Shown one piece after another: positions 8,264 to 16,025 of a stretch of 32,000 bases of DNA. Source of the DNA: Candidatus Nitrosotenuis uzonensis. GTDB taxonomy: Archaea > Thermoproteota > Nitrososphaeria > Nitrososphaerales > Nitrosopumilaceae. Below the pieces are notes generated by a model. The model did no database searches and had not been told where the DNA came from. It saw nothing but the letters and a program-made list of their open reading frames with translations. The DNA lies in NCBI RefSeq assembly GCF_000723185.1, contig NZ_CBTY010000008.1, forward strand, positions 172,677 to 204,676, in the 5' to 3' direction. A program made the translations under genes and the position numbers. Within the stretch, counting starts at the first letter, position 1, and each line of letters opens with the position of its first letter.

Positions 8264-8382
8264 ATGGTAATCTAAAGAAAACAGGCTTTTTAATTGTTAG
8301 ACCCGGCCAAAACTACTTGAGTTAACTCCCTAATAATTTATGCCAAGTATTTATCAGTCTGTATTTTCTTGATTTAGACAAA

Positions 8383-11300
8383 ATGAAGCGTGTACTGTTA
8401 CTTTCCTCCATTCTTATTCTGTCTTGGTTGTTTGTAGAGGCAAACGCGGCAATACCACCGGGGCCACCGTCGGGATTTTCAGCAACTGCGGTATCTCCTA
8501 CGCAGATTAACCTGTTCTGGTCTGCTCCGGCCAACACCGGGGATTCGCCTGTTCTTGGATACAAAATAGAATACAAGACAGGCTCCGGTGCATACGATGT
8601 TCTGGTAGATAACACTTCGAACACATACTATTACCACACCGGCCGCACTACAGGACAATCTTATACGTATCGCGTTTCCGCAGTTAATACTGCAGGAATC
8701 GGAACAGCGTCAAACGAGATCACAGTTACTCCAACATCCTCCTCTACTGCAAGCCTGCCAGGGTCTCCGACAGAACTCTCAGCAGTCCCGGTATCTCCAA
8801 CGCAAATCAACTTGTCCTGGTCTGCTCCGACCAACAACGGAGGTTATCTGATTACCGGATACAAAATAGAGTTCCGCGTGGGCTCCAATCCTTATTCTGT
8901 ACTGGTCTCAAACACTGGCAGCTCATCTACAACATATTCTCATGGCAGCCTGACCACAAACCAGGTCTATGTGTATCGTGTTTATGCAATAACAGAGTTT
9001 GGAACAAGTCAAAACCCGTCAGGTGAGGCAGTCGGCCAGCCTACTGCATCGTCTGCCCCGTCTGCACCCGGATCTCCGACAGGACTCTCAGCAGTCCCGG
9101 TATCTCCAACGCAAATTAACCTGTCCTGGACGGCCCCCAGTCCGGGAAGCTCACCAATCACAGGATACAAAATCGAGGTAAAATCTGGCACTGGCTCGTA
9201 CACCACACTCGTATCTAATACGGGCAGCACCGCAACCACATATTCACATGGCGGCCTGACAACTGGGACATCCTACACTTACCGGGTCTATGCCATAAGC
9301 TCAGTTGGAACAGGAACTGCATCAAATGAGGCATCGGCAACACCTACGTCGTCTTCAACGTCTGGTGTTCCCGGCGCTCCGACAAACTTGAATGCTGCCG
9401 CAGTTTCAGGAACACAAATCAACTTGTCCTGGACGGCCCCCTCAAACAATGGCGGCTCGCCAATCACAGGATACAAAATAGAGTACAAGGTCGGCTCCGG
9501 CACATTCACAATTCTGGTGGCAAACACGCAAAACACTGCCACAACATACTCACATACTGGACTAACATCAGGCCAGCTGTACGTTTACCGTGTCTCTGCA
9601 ATAAATTCAGTTGGAACAAGTTCTGTTTCTGCCGAATCATCTGCGACACCGACTGCATCTTCTTCAGCTAGTACACCAAGTGCACCTGGGAGCCTCACTG
9701 CAGTTGTAGCATCTCCTACCCAGATAACACTCTCCTGGAGCTCACCTTCAAGTGATGGCGGCTCGCCAATCACAGGTTACAAGATTTCAGTAAAGAAAGG
9801 CTCTGGATCTTTTGAGACGCTTGTGGCAAACACGCAAAGTACTGCCACCACATTCTCGCATACTGGCCTTACCACCGGCACCACATATTACTATCAAGTT
9901 GCTGCAATAAACTCCGTTGGCGCAGGCTCTTCAAGTGAAACATCTGCCACTCCAAAAGAGACAACTACACCTACACTTACTGCCACCGCCGTATCGCCTA
10001 CCTCAATCATACTATCATGGGTGCCTCCATCTCAGACCTACAAACAGTCAATCACAGGATACAAAATCGAAGAAAAGATTGGCGTTAATGCATACAGGAC
10101 AGTTGTTGATAATACCAACTCTGCTGGCACCACATACACAGTCACAGGTCTTACCACTGGCAATACTTACACGTTTGTCGTTTCAGCATACTTTACGCTG
10201 GGAGGCAGTCCGATCTCAAACGAAGCCTCGGCAACACCGCTGTCTACTTCGACTGCACCACAATCGCAGCCTACTACAAGCCCACCAGGCATTCCAACAG
10301 GATTGAGTGCATCTCCAATTCTACCAACCCAGATAAACCTGTCCTGGACGGCCCCCTCAAACAATGGCGGCTCGCCAATCACAGGATACAAAATCGAGGT
10401 CAGAAAAGGAGATGGGCAGTACGAAACACTCACAAGCACCCAGAATGCAACCACAAAATACTCTCACGCAGGCCTTACCACCGGCACCACATACTATTAC
10501 AAGGTATCTGCAATAAACTCGGCAGGAATCGGACTGCCATCAAACGAGGCATCTGCAACACCGACAACATCAAGCGGTCCGCAATCGTCTGTGCCTGATG
10601 CACCAAAACTATCAGGAACAGTGGTCTCGCCAACCCAGATAAACCTGTCCTGGACGGCCCCCTCAAACAATGGCGGCTCGCCAATCACAGGATACAAAAT
10701 AGAGTACAAGGTCGGCTCTGGTTCTTTTCTTACCCTAACAAGCAAGACGACAAGTACATCGTATTCCCATACTGGGCTACTACAGAATACTTATTCTTAC
10801 CGCGTATATGCAATAAATGCTGTCGGGACTGGTAGTGCATCAAATACAATATCGCTGACTACGGTGTCTGAAGAGCCAACACCAAAGCCCGATCAGGAAC
10901 AAAAAGAAAAACAACTGGCAGCCTTTGTTGACCCAAAGCAAGATCCTCAGTACTATGTTGATAGGTACAACAGCGAGCCGGCATACAAGGAATGGTTTGA
11001 CACACACTATGGATCACACTATGACAGCATCTATGAGGCAGTGGGCCTGCCAGAGCCAGGAAAAAAAGATCCCATAGCAACCCACATACCGGGATTTCCC
11101 GATCCTAATCTGGATCCGCAATACTACGTTAACCGATACAATACAGAGCCTGCATTCATGGAATGGTTCAACACTAACTTCCCAGGAAAGACGATTTATC
11201 AAGTACTACAAATTCCAGAACCCGAGTCGGAACCGGAACCGGAACCTGAACCAGAGCCAAGACCGGTAGACAGAACGCAATGCGGTCCTGGAACACATCT

Positions 11301-11724
11301 TGAGAATGGTGTTTGTGTTCTTGACAAGGATACAAAGGGAGGCGGATGTCTTGTGGCCACTGCGGCATATGGTACGGAGACTGCATGGCAGGTGCAACGT
11401 CTCCGGGAAATAAGAGATGACATACTGCTTAGAACCGATTCTGGCACAGCGTTTATGGCAGGATTTAACGGATTTTACTATTCGTTCAGTCCAACAGTTG
11501 CTGACTGGGAAAGACAGAATCCTGCATTCAAAGAGACTGTACGCGTGGCGATAACCCCGATGCTCTCATCTTTGGCAATTCTTGCACATGCTGAAATCAA
11601 CTCCGAACAACAGATGCTCGGTTACGGAATTAGCATAATATTGCTGAACCTAGGTATGTATATCGGCCTACCTACAGCGGTAATCGTACTTGCAAGAAAC
11701 AAATTCCATCATTCTAAGAATTGA
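8383..11724 (+). CDS. Large secreted/surface protein: signal peptide, 8 tandem fibronectin type III domains, duplicated DPQYY-motif region, PE linker, Cys-containing C-terminal anchor module
   Basis: Signal peptide MKRVLLLSSILILSWLFVEANA. Eight repeats of ~100 aa each carry SPTQINLSW..P...G.SPITGYKIE.....G.Y..L......T.Y.H.GLT.G..Y.YRV.A.N..G. The C-terminus carries GGGCLVATAAYGTE and a final hydrophobic helix followed by basic residues. Confidence 0.9.
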   Translation: MKRVLLLSSILILSWLFVEANAAIPPGPPSGFSATAVSPTQINLFWSAPANTGDSPVLGYKIEYKTGSGAYDVLVDNTSNTYYYHTGRTTGQSYTYRVSAVNTAGIGTASNEITVTPTSSSTASLPGSPTELSAVPVSPTQINLSWSAPTNNGGYLITGYKIEFRVGSNPYSVLVSNTGSSSTTYSHGSLTTNQVYVYRVYAITEFGTSQNPSGEAVGQPTASSAPSAPGSPTGLSAVPVSPTQINLSWTAPSPGSSPITGYKIEVKSGTGSYTTLVSNTGSTATTYSHGGLTTGTSYTYRVYAISSVGTGTASNEASATPTSSSTSGVPGAPTNLNAAAVSGTQINLSWTAPSNNGGSPITGYKIEYKVGSGTFTILVANTQNTATTYSHTGLTSGQLYVYRVSAINSVGTSSVSAESSATPTASSSASTPSAPGSLTAVVASPTQITLSWSSPSSDGGSPITGYKISVKKGSGSFETLVANTQSTATTFSHTGLTTGTTYYYQVAAINSVGAGSSSETSATPKETTTPTLTATAVSPTSIILSWVPPSQTYKQSITGYKIEEKIGVNAYRTVVDNTNSAGTTYTVTGLTTGNTYTFVVSAYFTLGGSPISNEASATPLSTSTAPQSQPTTSPPGIPTGLSASPILPTQINLSWTAPSNNGGSPITGYKIEVRKGDGQYETLTSTQNATTKYSHAGLTTGTTYYYKVSAINSAGIGLPSNEASATPTTSSGPQSSVPDAPKLSGTVVSPTQINLSWTAPSNNGGSPITGYKIEYKVGSGSFLTLTSKTTSTSYSHTGLLQNTYSYRVYAINAVGTGSASNTISLTTVSEEPTPKPDQEQKEKQLAAFVDPKQDPQYYVDRYNSEPAYKEWFDTHYGSHYDSIYEAVGLPEPGKKDPIATHIPGFPDPNLDPQYYVNRYNTEPAFMEWFNTNFPGKTIYQVLQIPEPESEPEPEPEPEPRPVDRTQCGPGTHLENGVCVLDKDTKGGGCLVATAAYGTETAWQVQRLREIRDDILLRTDSGTAFMAGFNGFYYSFSPTVADWERQNPAFKETVRVAITPMLSSLAILAHAEINSEQQMLGYGISIILLNLGMYIGLPTAVIVLARNKFHHSKN
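8449..10866 (+). repeat. Intragenic tandem array of 8 FN3-encoding units (~300 nt period)
   Basis: Periodic recurrence of cc(a/c)ac(g/c)ca(a/g)at(a/c)aac(c/t)tgtcctgg ... ggatacaaaat(a/c)ga(g) blocks. This includes perfectly identical 54-73-nt stretches between units 4, 7 and 8. Confidence 0.85.
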
Positions 11725-11898
11725 CCCAATTTTTGTCTATTTAGTAAAGAATTCTACGCGTTCCTTTTTAATCAGAAATGCGTAATATGTGCACAGGCAA
11801 ACAGGACGATCTCTTGTCGGAAGTAATTCTGGCATCATGTGAACTTGTTTGCCTAAAATTTGTAAAATTGAAAAAATAATTCTGCATAAATAGATATT

Positions 11899-11936
11899 AA
11901 AAAAGAAAAAGACCTTGAGGTCTACTTATTTTTTCT
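11899..11936. terminator. Bidirectional terminator-like hairpin flanked by T/A tracts
   Basis: AGACC-ttga-GGTCT hairpin at 11910-11923. It is flanked by aaaaaagaaaa upstream, which reads TTTTCTTTTTT on the minus strand, and by acttatttttt downstream on the plus strand. Archaeal termination is known to use oligo-T tracts. Confidence 0.4.
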
Positions 11937-11991
11937 TGCTTTTGGAGGCTGTTTTCTTTTTTGCAGTTTTCTTTGCAGTCTTTTTTGCCAT
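11926..11991 (-). CDS. Lys-rich micro-ORF (21 aa: MAKKTAKKTAKKKTASKSKKK)
   Basis: My own translation. ATG start, with a TTTAATA box (plus-strand tattaaa, 12014-12020) 23-29 nt upstream. The stop is followed immediately by the hairpin plus T-tract at 11899-11923. The ORF is very short and low-complexity, so it could be fortuitous. Confidence 0.3.
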   Translation of the reverse strand: MAKKTAKKTAKKKTASKSKKK

Positions 11992-12087
11992 GTCTTTTAC
12001 ATTCTATGTATGCTATTAAACATGATGATTTTCAATTCTGATCCATGTTTTGACAAAATTTTGAAATTTTCCCGTAATCCAAACAAG

Positions 12088-12597
12088 TCAGTTGTCGGGT
12101 CCGGACCTTTCATCAAAATACTGCTGACAACCATAATTCTCAAATTCCTGTCCTAGTTTCATCCTGCCTTGTGGATCGGTGATAAGAGATGCAATTTCCA
12201 CAAGCTCGGGGTTTATTGCAGACTCTTTCATCATTGCCACCACCAGAACCTTTCCAAAGTCCTGAGGAATCTGTTGATTGAAAAATGCACTTCTTTTTTC
12301 CTCATCTTCCATAATGTCCTTCCACGGTGCAAACTCTTGCGGATATTTTGTCACAAGATCATCAATTCTCATCCCTGGAATATTTTGGCCGTCAGGATAG
12401 ACGCCATATGTCAGCCCGTAAATCAATTCGCATTCGGTGTTGATCTTGTAATCTTCTACATTAGTATCTTGAGGATTCTGCTCTAGCGGCACATACACCA
12501 TCTCTTCTGGAGATGTCATGTATAGTGCTAGAACAGCTATTATGATTGCGGCAGCGGCACCGCCTCCTGCTAATATCCATAGTTTCCTTTGCAGCAA
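12088..12597 (-). CDS. Hypothetical membrane-anchored protein (169 aa)
   Basis: An N-terminal TM/signal anchor (WILAGGGAAAAIIIAVLALYM) is followed by an acidic soluble domain. TTG start. No recognised motifs. Confidence 0.6.
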   Translation of the reverse strand: MLQRKLWILAGGGAAAAIIIAVLALYMTSPEEMVYVPLEQNPQDTNVEDYKINTECELIYGLTYGVYPDGQNIPGMRIDDLVTKYPQEFAPWKDIMEDEEKRSAFFNQQIPQDFGKVLVVAMMKESAINPELVEIASLITDPQGRMKLGQEFENYGCQQYFDERSGPDN

Positions 12598-12673
12598 GTA
12601 CCAACACCAAAGGAAGTTACCTAAAAAACCTTCTCGTTGGGCTTAAAATTTAGCTTGATCTGGATATTCAAGC

Positions 12674-12928
12674 ATGAGAAAATCAGATCTCAGAAGACTG
12701 GTTGCCGAGTATGTATCATTGAGACAAGCAAAAAACAACGCAAAGTATGGCAAAAAACTTGGTGAGCTTGAACACCGATACTTTCTTGAGACTGGAAGAA
12801 ATATTGCCGATGATCTTTATCGGCGGGAATCTGTACCTCTAAGAGTGAAGATGTGCCATAGCACTCATGCATTATGTCTGAATACTGCCGATTCGAACAT
12901 ATTCGCATTTTCCCGTTCGCGTTTATAA
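12674..12928 (+). CDS. Hypothetical protein (84 aa)
   Basis: ATG start with a TTAAAATTTA box 21 nt upstream. The N-terminal 55 aa look like a basic helical protein and the C-terminal part is less protein-like. A competing minus-strand ORF, 12690..12935, looks like noise. Confidence 0.35.
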   Translation: MRKSDLRRLVAEYVSLRQAKNNAKYGKKLGELEHRYFLETGRNIADDLYRRESVPLRVKMCHSTHALCLNTADSNIFAFSRSRL

Positions 12929-13072
12929 AATACAAATCGTTGTATCCAAGATCATAACAAGGCCGCTAATAGTTGAAGGAAGCAAAATTCTTGTTGGCAA
13001 AGAAGCGTCTGTTCCATCAAAGGCCAGAAATAATGACAACTTTCAAAAACCCATCAAATCAAGACCCAGCAC

Positions 13073-13855
13073 ATGAGGGCAAGATACATCATAATAATTG
13101 CATTGATAACAGCTGTCATCTCGTACTATATCGGCACAGCATTTCTCCTTCAACCGCAAGCAATCAACAAACAATCTTTTTACATACGCCTCCAGTCTGA
13201 CTGGAACAGTCATCCAGGAAACATAATCTACGAGGTGACCAACGTCTGGACGAAGACCGACGAGCTCGCACCGCTTGATCCACAGACAAGACTCGATCTT
13301 TCAAAACAAGCAAACGTTGACCAAGTAAGAAGTGTTCACAATAAATCCTATATCATGGTTCATCATGGAAACACAAACTGTCATGATATGTGGGAGCCGC
13401 ATTATGCAAGATTCGGAGCGGATACCATACGACACCAAGTCGAATACGTGCTTGGCATACAAAAAAGCCTTGATCCGAACAAAAATCAATACGTGCCGCT
13501 GAAGGGCAAAATAGGTGACCAAGAGCACGCATCACAGATAAGATCGGGCTATTCGCAGTTCATTCCAATCTGTACGCAAAATGAACTTACTTCATTTGAT
13601 TACAGCGTGAAAATCAATGATGAATCTGTAGGATTTGACGTATATTTTGTGCCCTCAATAGAGCAGCAAAAGAACTTTGATGAAGATAACGGACTTTTTG
13701 AACACTACACAAATGGCCAATGTGAGGGCAAAAACTATGTCCGATTTTCAGGCACATGCAATAATGTCGGGAAAAGCGCAGGTCTTCTAATCGCAGTGCC
13801 TGACTCGCTGACACTGCCACTTACCAAGATTGAAGTGTGGCTCTACGAGAAATAA
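13073..13855 (+). CDS. Hypothetical secreted/membrane-anchored protein (260 aa)
   Basis: N-terminal hydrophobic anchor MRARYIIIIALITAVISYYIGTAFLL followed by a Cys-containing soluble domain. No recognised family. Confidence 0.65.
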   Translation: MRARYIIIIALITAVISYYIGTAFLLQPQAINKQSFYIRLQSDWNSHPGNIIYEVTNVWTKTDELAPLDPQTRLDLSKQANVDQVRSVHNKSYIMVHHGNTNCHDMWEPHYARFGADTIRHQVEYVLGIQKSLDPNKNQYVPLKGKIGDQEHASQIRSGYSQFIPICTQNELTSFDYSVKINDESVGFDVYFVPSIEQQKNFDEDNGLFEHYTNGQCEGKNYVRFSGTCNNVGKSAGLLIAVPDSLTLPLTKIEVWLYEK

Positions 13856-13898
13856 ACTTGGAAAAATGATTTAATTGAACTACGTATGACTATCACCA

Positions 13899-14354
13899 AT
13901 GAAGGCAACATTTGGCGCCGGATGTTTTTGGTGCGTGGAGGACATCTTCCGCAACACAAAAGGCGTTACATCAACTCAAGTTGGCTATGCGGGGGGATGG
14001 AAGAAGAACCCTACATACGAAGAGGTATGTACTGACACGACTGGCCACGCAGAGGTAGTCCAAGTCGAATATGACCCAGATCAAATCTCGTACGAACAAC
14101 TATTAGATGTGTTTTGGGGATGCCATGATCCTACTACGCTGAATAGGCAGGGACCTGACATTGGCAAGCAGTATCGCTCAGCCATATTCTGTCATGATTC
14201 GGAGCAGGAGAGGGTGGCAAACGAATCCATGAAGAAAATACAGGATTCTGGCAAATACGCACGCAAAATAGTGACCGAGATAAAACCAGCACCTGCGTTT
14301 TATCGCGCAGAGGAGTATCATCAACAGTATTATGCAAAGTGCTCCATACGTTAG
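13899..14354 (+). CDS. msrA: Peptide-methionine (S)-S-oxide reductase
   Basis: N-terminal [12 protein letters not shown] catalytic motif, with GYAGG, HAEVV and YHQQY motifs across the full 151-aa length. Confidence 0.92.
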   Translation: MKATFGAGCFWCVEDIFRNTKGVTSTQVGYAGGWKKNPTYEEVCTDTTGHAEVVQVEYDPDQISYEQLLDVFWGCHDPTTLNRQGPDIGKQYRSAIFCHDSEQERVANESMKKIQDSGKYARKIVTEIKPAPAFYRAEEYHQQYYAKCSIR

Positions 14355-14404
14355 AATAAATCATACGCTCCTCTTTTATAGAAAATACTCTGAATACAAT
14401 TCAG

Positions 14405-14457
14405 ATAGATGGGAGTAATGCCGGAATCTGGCAAGAACTGCCAGACCATCTATTTTT
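14405..14457 (+). terminator. Nested hairpin plus T5 tract downstream of msrA
   Basis: ATAGATGG (14405-14412) pairs with CCATCTAT (14446-14453). These enclose the hairpin TCTGGCA-agaac-TGCCAGA (14427-14445), and TTTTT follows. Confidence 0.3.
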
Positions 14458-14550
14458 GAAGTTTATAACATCGTAAGCATTTAGACAGCGTTTCCAATTC
14501 TGGTATTTCATAGTTAATTTATTATTCAAAATACAATTTATCGAATTTCG

Positions 14551-14658
14551 ATGAAGTGCAAAAACTGCGGGCGCGAATTTACCAACAGGGCGTCCAACTA
14601 TTGCTCAACAGAGTGTGCAATGGAAGCAGTAGAAAAATATGGAAAACAGACGCAATAA
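14551..14658 (+). CDS. FCS/YacG-like zinc-finger micro-protein (35 aa)
   Basis: My own translation gives MKCKNCGREFTNRASNYCSTECAMEAVEKYGKQTQ*. It has CxxC ... YCSxxC spacing like FCS-type zinc fingers. A TTTATTAT box lies about 25 nt upstream. It is not in the track because it is under 60 aa. Confidence 0.45.
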   Translation: MKCKNCGREFTNRASNYCSTECAMEAVEKYGKQTQ

Positions 14659-14684
14659 ATAATTCCTGATTCCGTACAAAACTG

Positions 14685-15071
14685 ATGAAGTTGCTGCTTT
14701 TTGCATTGGTGTTGCTTGCTTTCTTTTTCATTGATACGGCACATGCCATTGACATTGCAAGCGATTCTGAAACAAAAACCGTTGAAATTGGCAAGCAAAT
14801 ACAGATTGCCGCCGATCTGAAGAACGGCCAGGACATACCACAGAATTTTGCATACATAGTCCAGATCCAAAATGAGGATGGCATCACAGTTTCACTGTCT
14901 TGGATAACAGGACAGCTTGCAGCTGCACAGGCATTCTCACCTTCTATATCGTGGACTCCCAATGAGCCTGGATTATACGAGGCAACAATATTTGTCTGGG
15001 AGAGCGTAAACAACCCAACAGCGCTGTCTCCTACACTGACACTGCAGATATCTGTGGAGTCATCTGCATAG
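14685..15071 (+). CDS. Small secreted protein (128 aa), probably an Ig-like beta-sandwich
   Basis: Signal peptide MKLLLFALVLLAFFFIDTAHA. The mature part is beta-rich (FAYIVQIQNEDGITVSLSWITG...PGLYEATIFVWESVNNPTALS), a pattern I recall from thaumarchaeal secreted proteins. Confidence 0.7.
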   Translation: MKLLLFALVLLAFFFIDTAHAIDIASDSETKTVEIGKQIQIAADLKNGQDIPQNFAYIVQIQNEDGITVSLSWITGQLAAAQAFSPSISWTPNEPGLYEATIFVWESVNNPTALSPTLTLQISVESSA

Positions 15072-15100
15072 TTTTTTAGTATAATATGTAAAACGTCGCT

Positions 15101-15466
15101 ATGGAATTAATTTATGAAAAGGAATCAACTGACGCAAGAGGGAAAATACTGTTCCTATCATACGGCCAAAAAAGAATAAACATTGTAGAAATAAAAAAAG
15201 GATTCTCACGTGGAGGACACTATCATGACTTTGACACTATTCATTACATCCTTTCAGGTACAATTGAGTATAGAGAAAAAGACATAATGACTGCAAAAGA
15301 ACAGGTTCGCACAGTGACTGCACCTGATATAATACGCATTCCTGCGATGGCGGCCCATCTACTCACAGCAATAGACGATACGATATTTGCAGAAGAAATG
15401 TCGCAAAACTATACTGCGACCGAGTATCCTGAATATCGCAAAATCGTAACTGAAAAAATGACATGA
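15101..15466 (+). CDS. Cupin-fold protein (WxcM/FdtA-like)
   Basis: DARGKILF...RGGHYHDF...ILSGTIEY resembles the WxcM-like cupin domain (D-x-RG ... RG-x-H-x-H). It has a 4-nt ATGA overlap with the next gene. Confidence 0.55.
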   Translation: MELIYEKESTDARGKILFLSYGQKRINIVEIKKGFSRGGHYHDFDTIHYILSGTIEYREKDIMTAKEQVRTVTAPDIIRIPAMAAHLLTAIDDTIFAEEMSQNYTATEYPEYRKIVTEKMT

Positions 15467-15954
15467 CATATTCAATCTGGCTTGAACCATCGGCAAAAGA
15501 CAAAAAATATCTTCAAAACATAATTTATGATCTTGCAAAACAATACAAGGCACCACAGTTTACGCCGCACATCACACTGTACAGCGGAATCAATAATGCC
15601 CGACTGACAAGAAAAGCAGTGCATGATTGCAGACACATTACAAAGATGAAAGTAAGAGTTACTGGCATCCGACATTCTGGGTATATCTGGAAGACACTCT
15701 ATTTTGATGTAGGAACATCAAAGAAGCTGGCCGAGCTGAATAGAATACTAGCAAAACGTCTTGGCAATCATGCAAAGTACCGCTTTCGACCACACATAAG
15801 TCTGATCTACAAGAAATTGCCTAATGCAACAAGGAGGCAGATCGCAAAAGAGATTACATTAAAAAACACACTCGAATTTGCCAAGATCTCGATTATAAAA
15901 TCATCAAACGTGGTCCGAAACTGGACCCCTATCATGAAAATCTCACTGAAATGA
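15463..15954 (+). CDS. 2H phosphoesterase superfamily protein (LigT/cyclic phosphodiesterase-like)
   Basis: Two H-x-T/S-x motifs are present at the expected spacing: PHITLY and PHISLIY. Confidence 0.75.
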   Translation: MTYSIWLEPSAKDKKYLQNIIYDLAKQYKAPQFTPHITLYSGINNARLTRKAVHDCRHITKMKVRVTGIRHSGYIWKTLYFDVGTSKKLAELNRILAKRLGNHAKYRFRPHISLIYKKLPNATRRQIAKEITLKNTLEFAKISIIKSSNVVRNWTPIMKISLK

Positions 15955-16025
15955 TCTTGTCTGTTTGTTAATTTGTGCGAATTCATGAGTTATTAAAATA
16001 TGAGTGGTACGTAAGAAAAAAGGGC

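Noticed and set aside
11215-11265. ccggaacc-type short tandem repeat, which could be mistaken for a microsatellite or mini-array
   Set aside because: It is in frame within the FN3 gene and encodes a (PE)n acidic linker. It is not a CRISPR or non-coding repeat.
8322-11447. Many 60-129-aa ORFs on both strands within the FN3 gene, for example 9917-10306 (+) and 10167-10454 (-)
   Set aside because: They are products of the repetitive, relatively GC-rich FN3 coding sequence. Their periodic similarity to one another (ILYPVIGEPP...) is just the reverse-frame image of the GYKIEY repeat.
11778-11879. 33-aa plus-strand ORF (MRNMCTGKQDD...) and an 8-bp inverted repeat (ggcaaaca / tgtttgcc) in the intergenic region after the FN3 gene
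   Set aside because: There is no TATA box at appropriate spacing and no motif. The inverted repeat is short with a ~40-nt loop. The evidence is insufficient for either a gene or an ncRNA.
12022-12045. C/D-box sRNA look-alike: ATGATGA followed 9 nt later by CTGA
   Set aside because: The C-to-D' spacing is too short. No C' box or terminal D box follows within ~60 nt, and there are no terminal complementary ends. The sequence overlaps the putative promoter of the Lys-rich micro-gene.
14579-15013. 144-aa and 90-aa minus-strand ORFs
   Set aside because: They are antisense to a plus-strand gene with a textbook signal peptide (14685-15071) and to the Zn-finger micro-gene. They have no features of their own.
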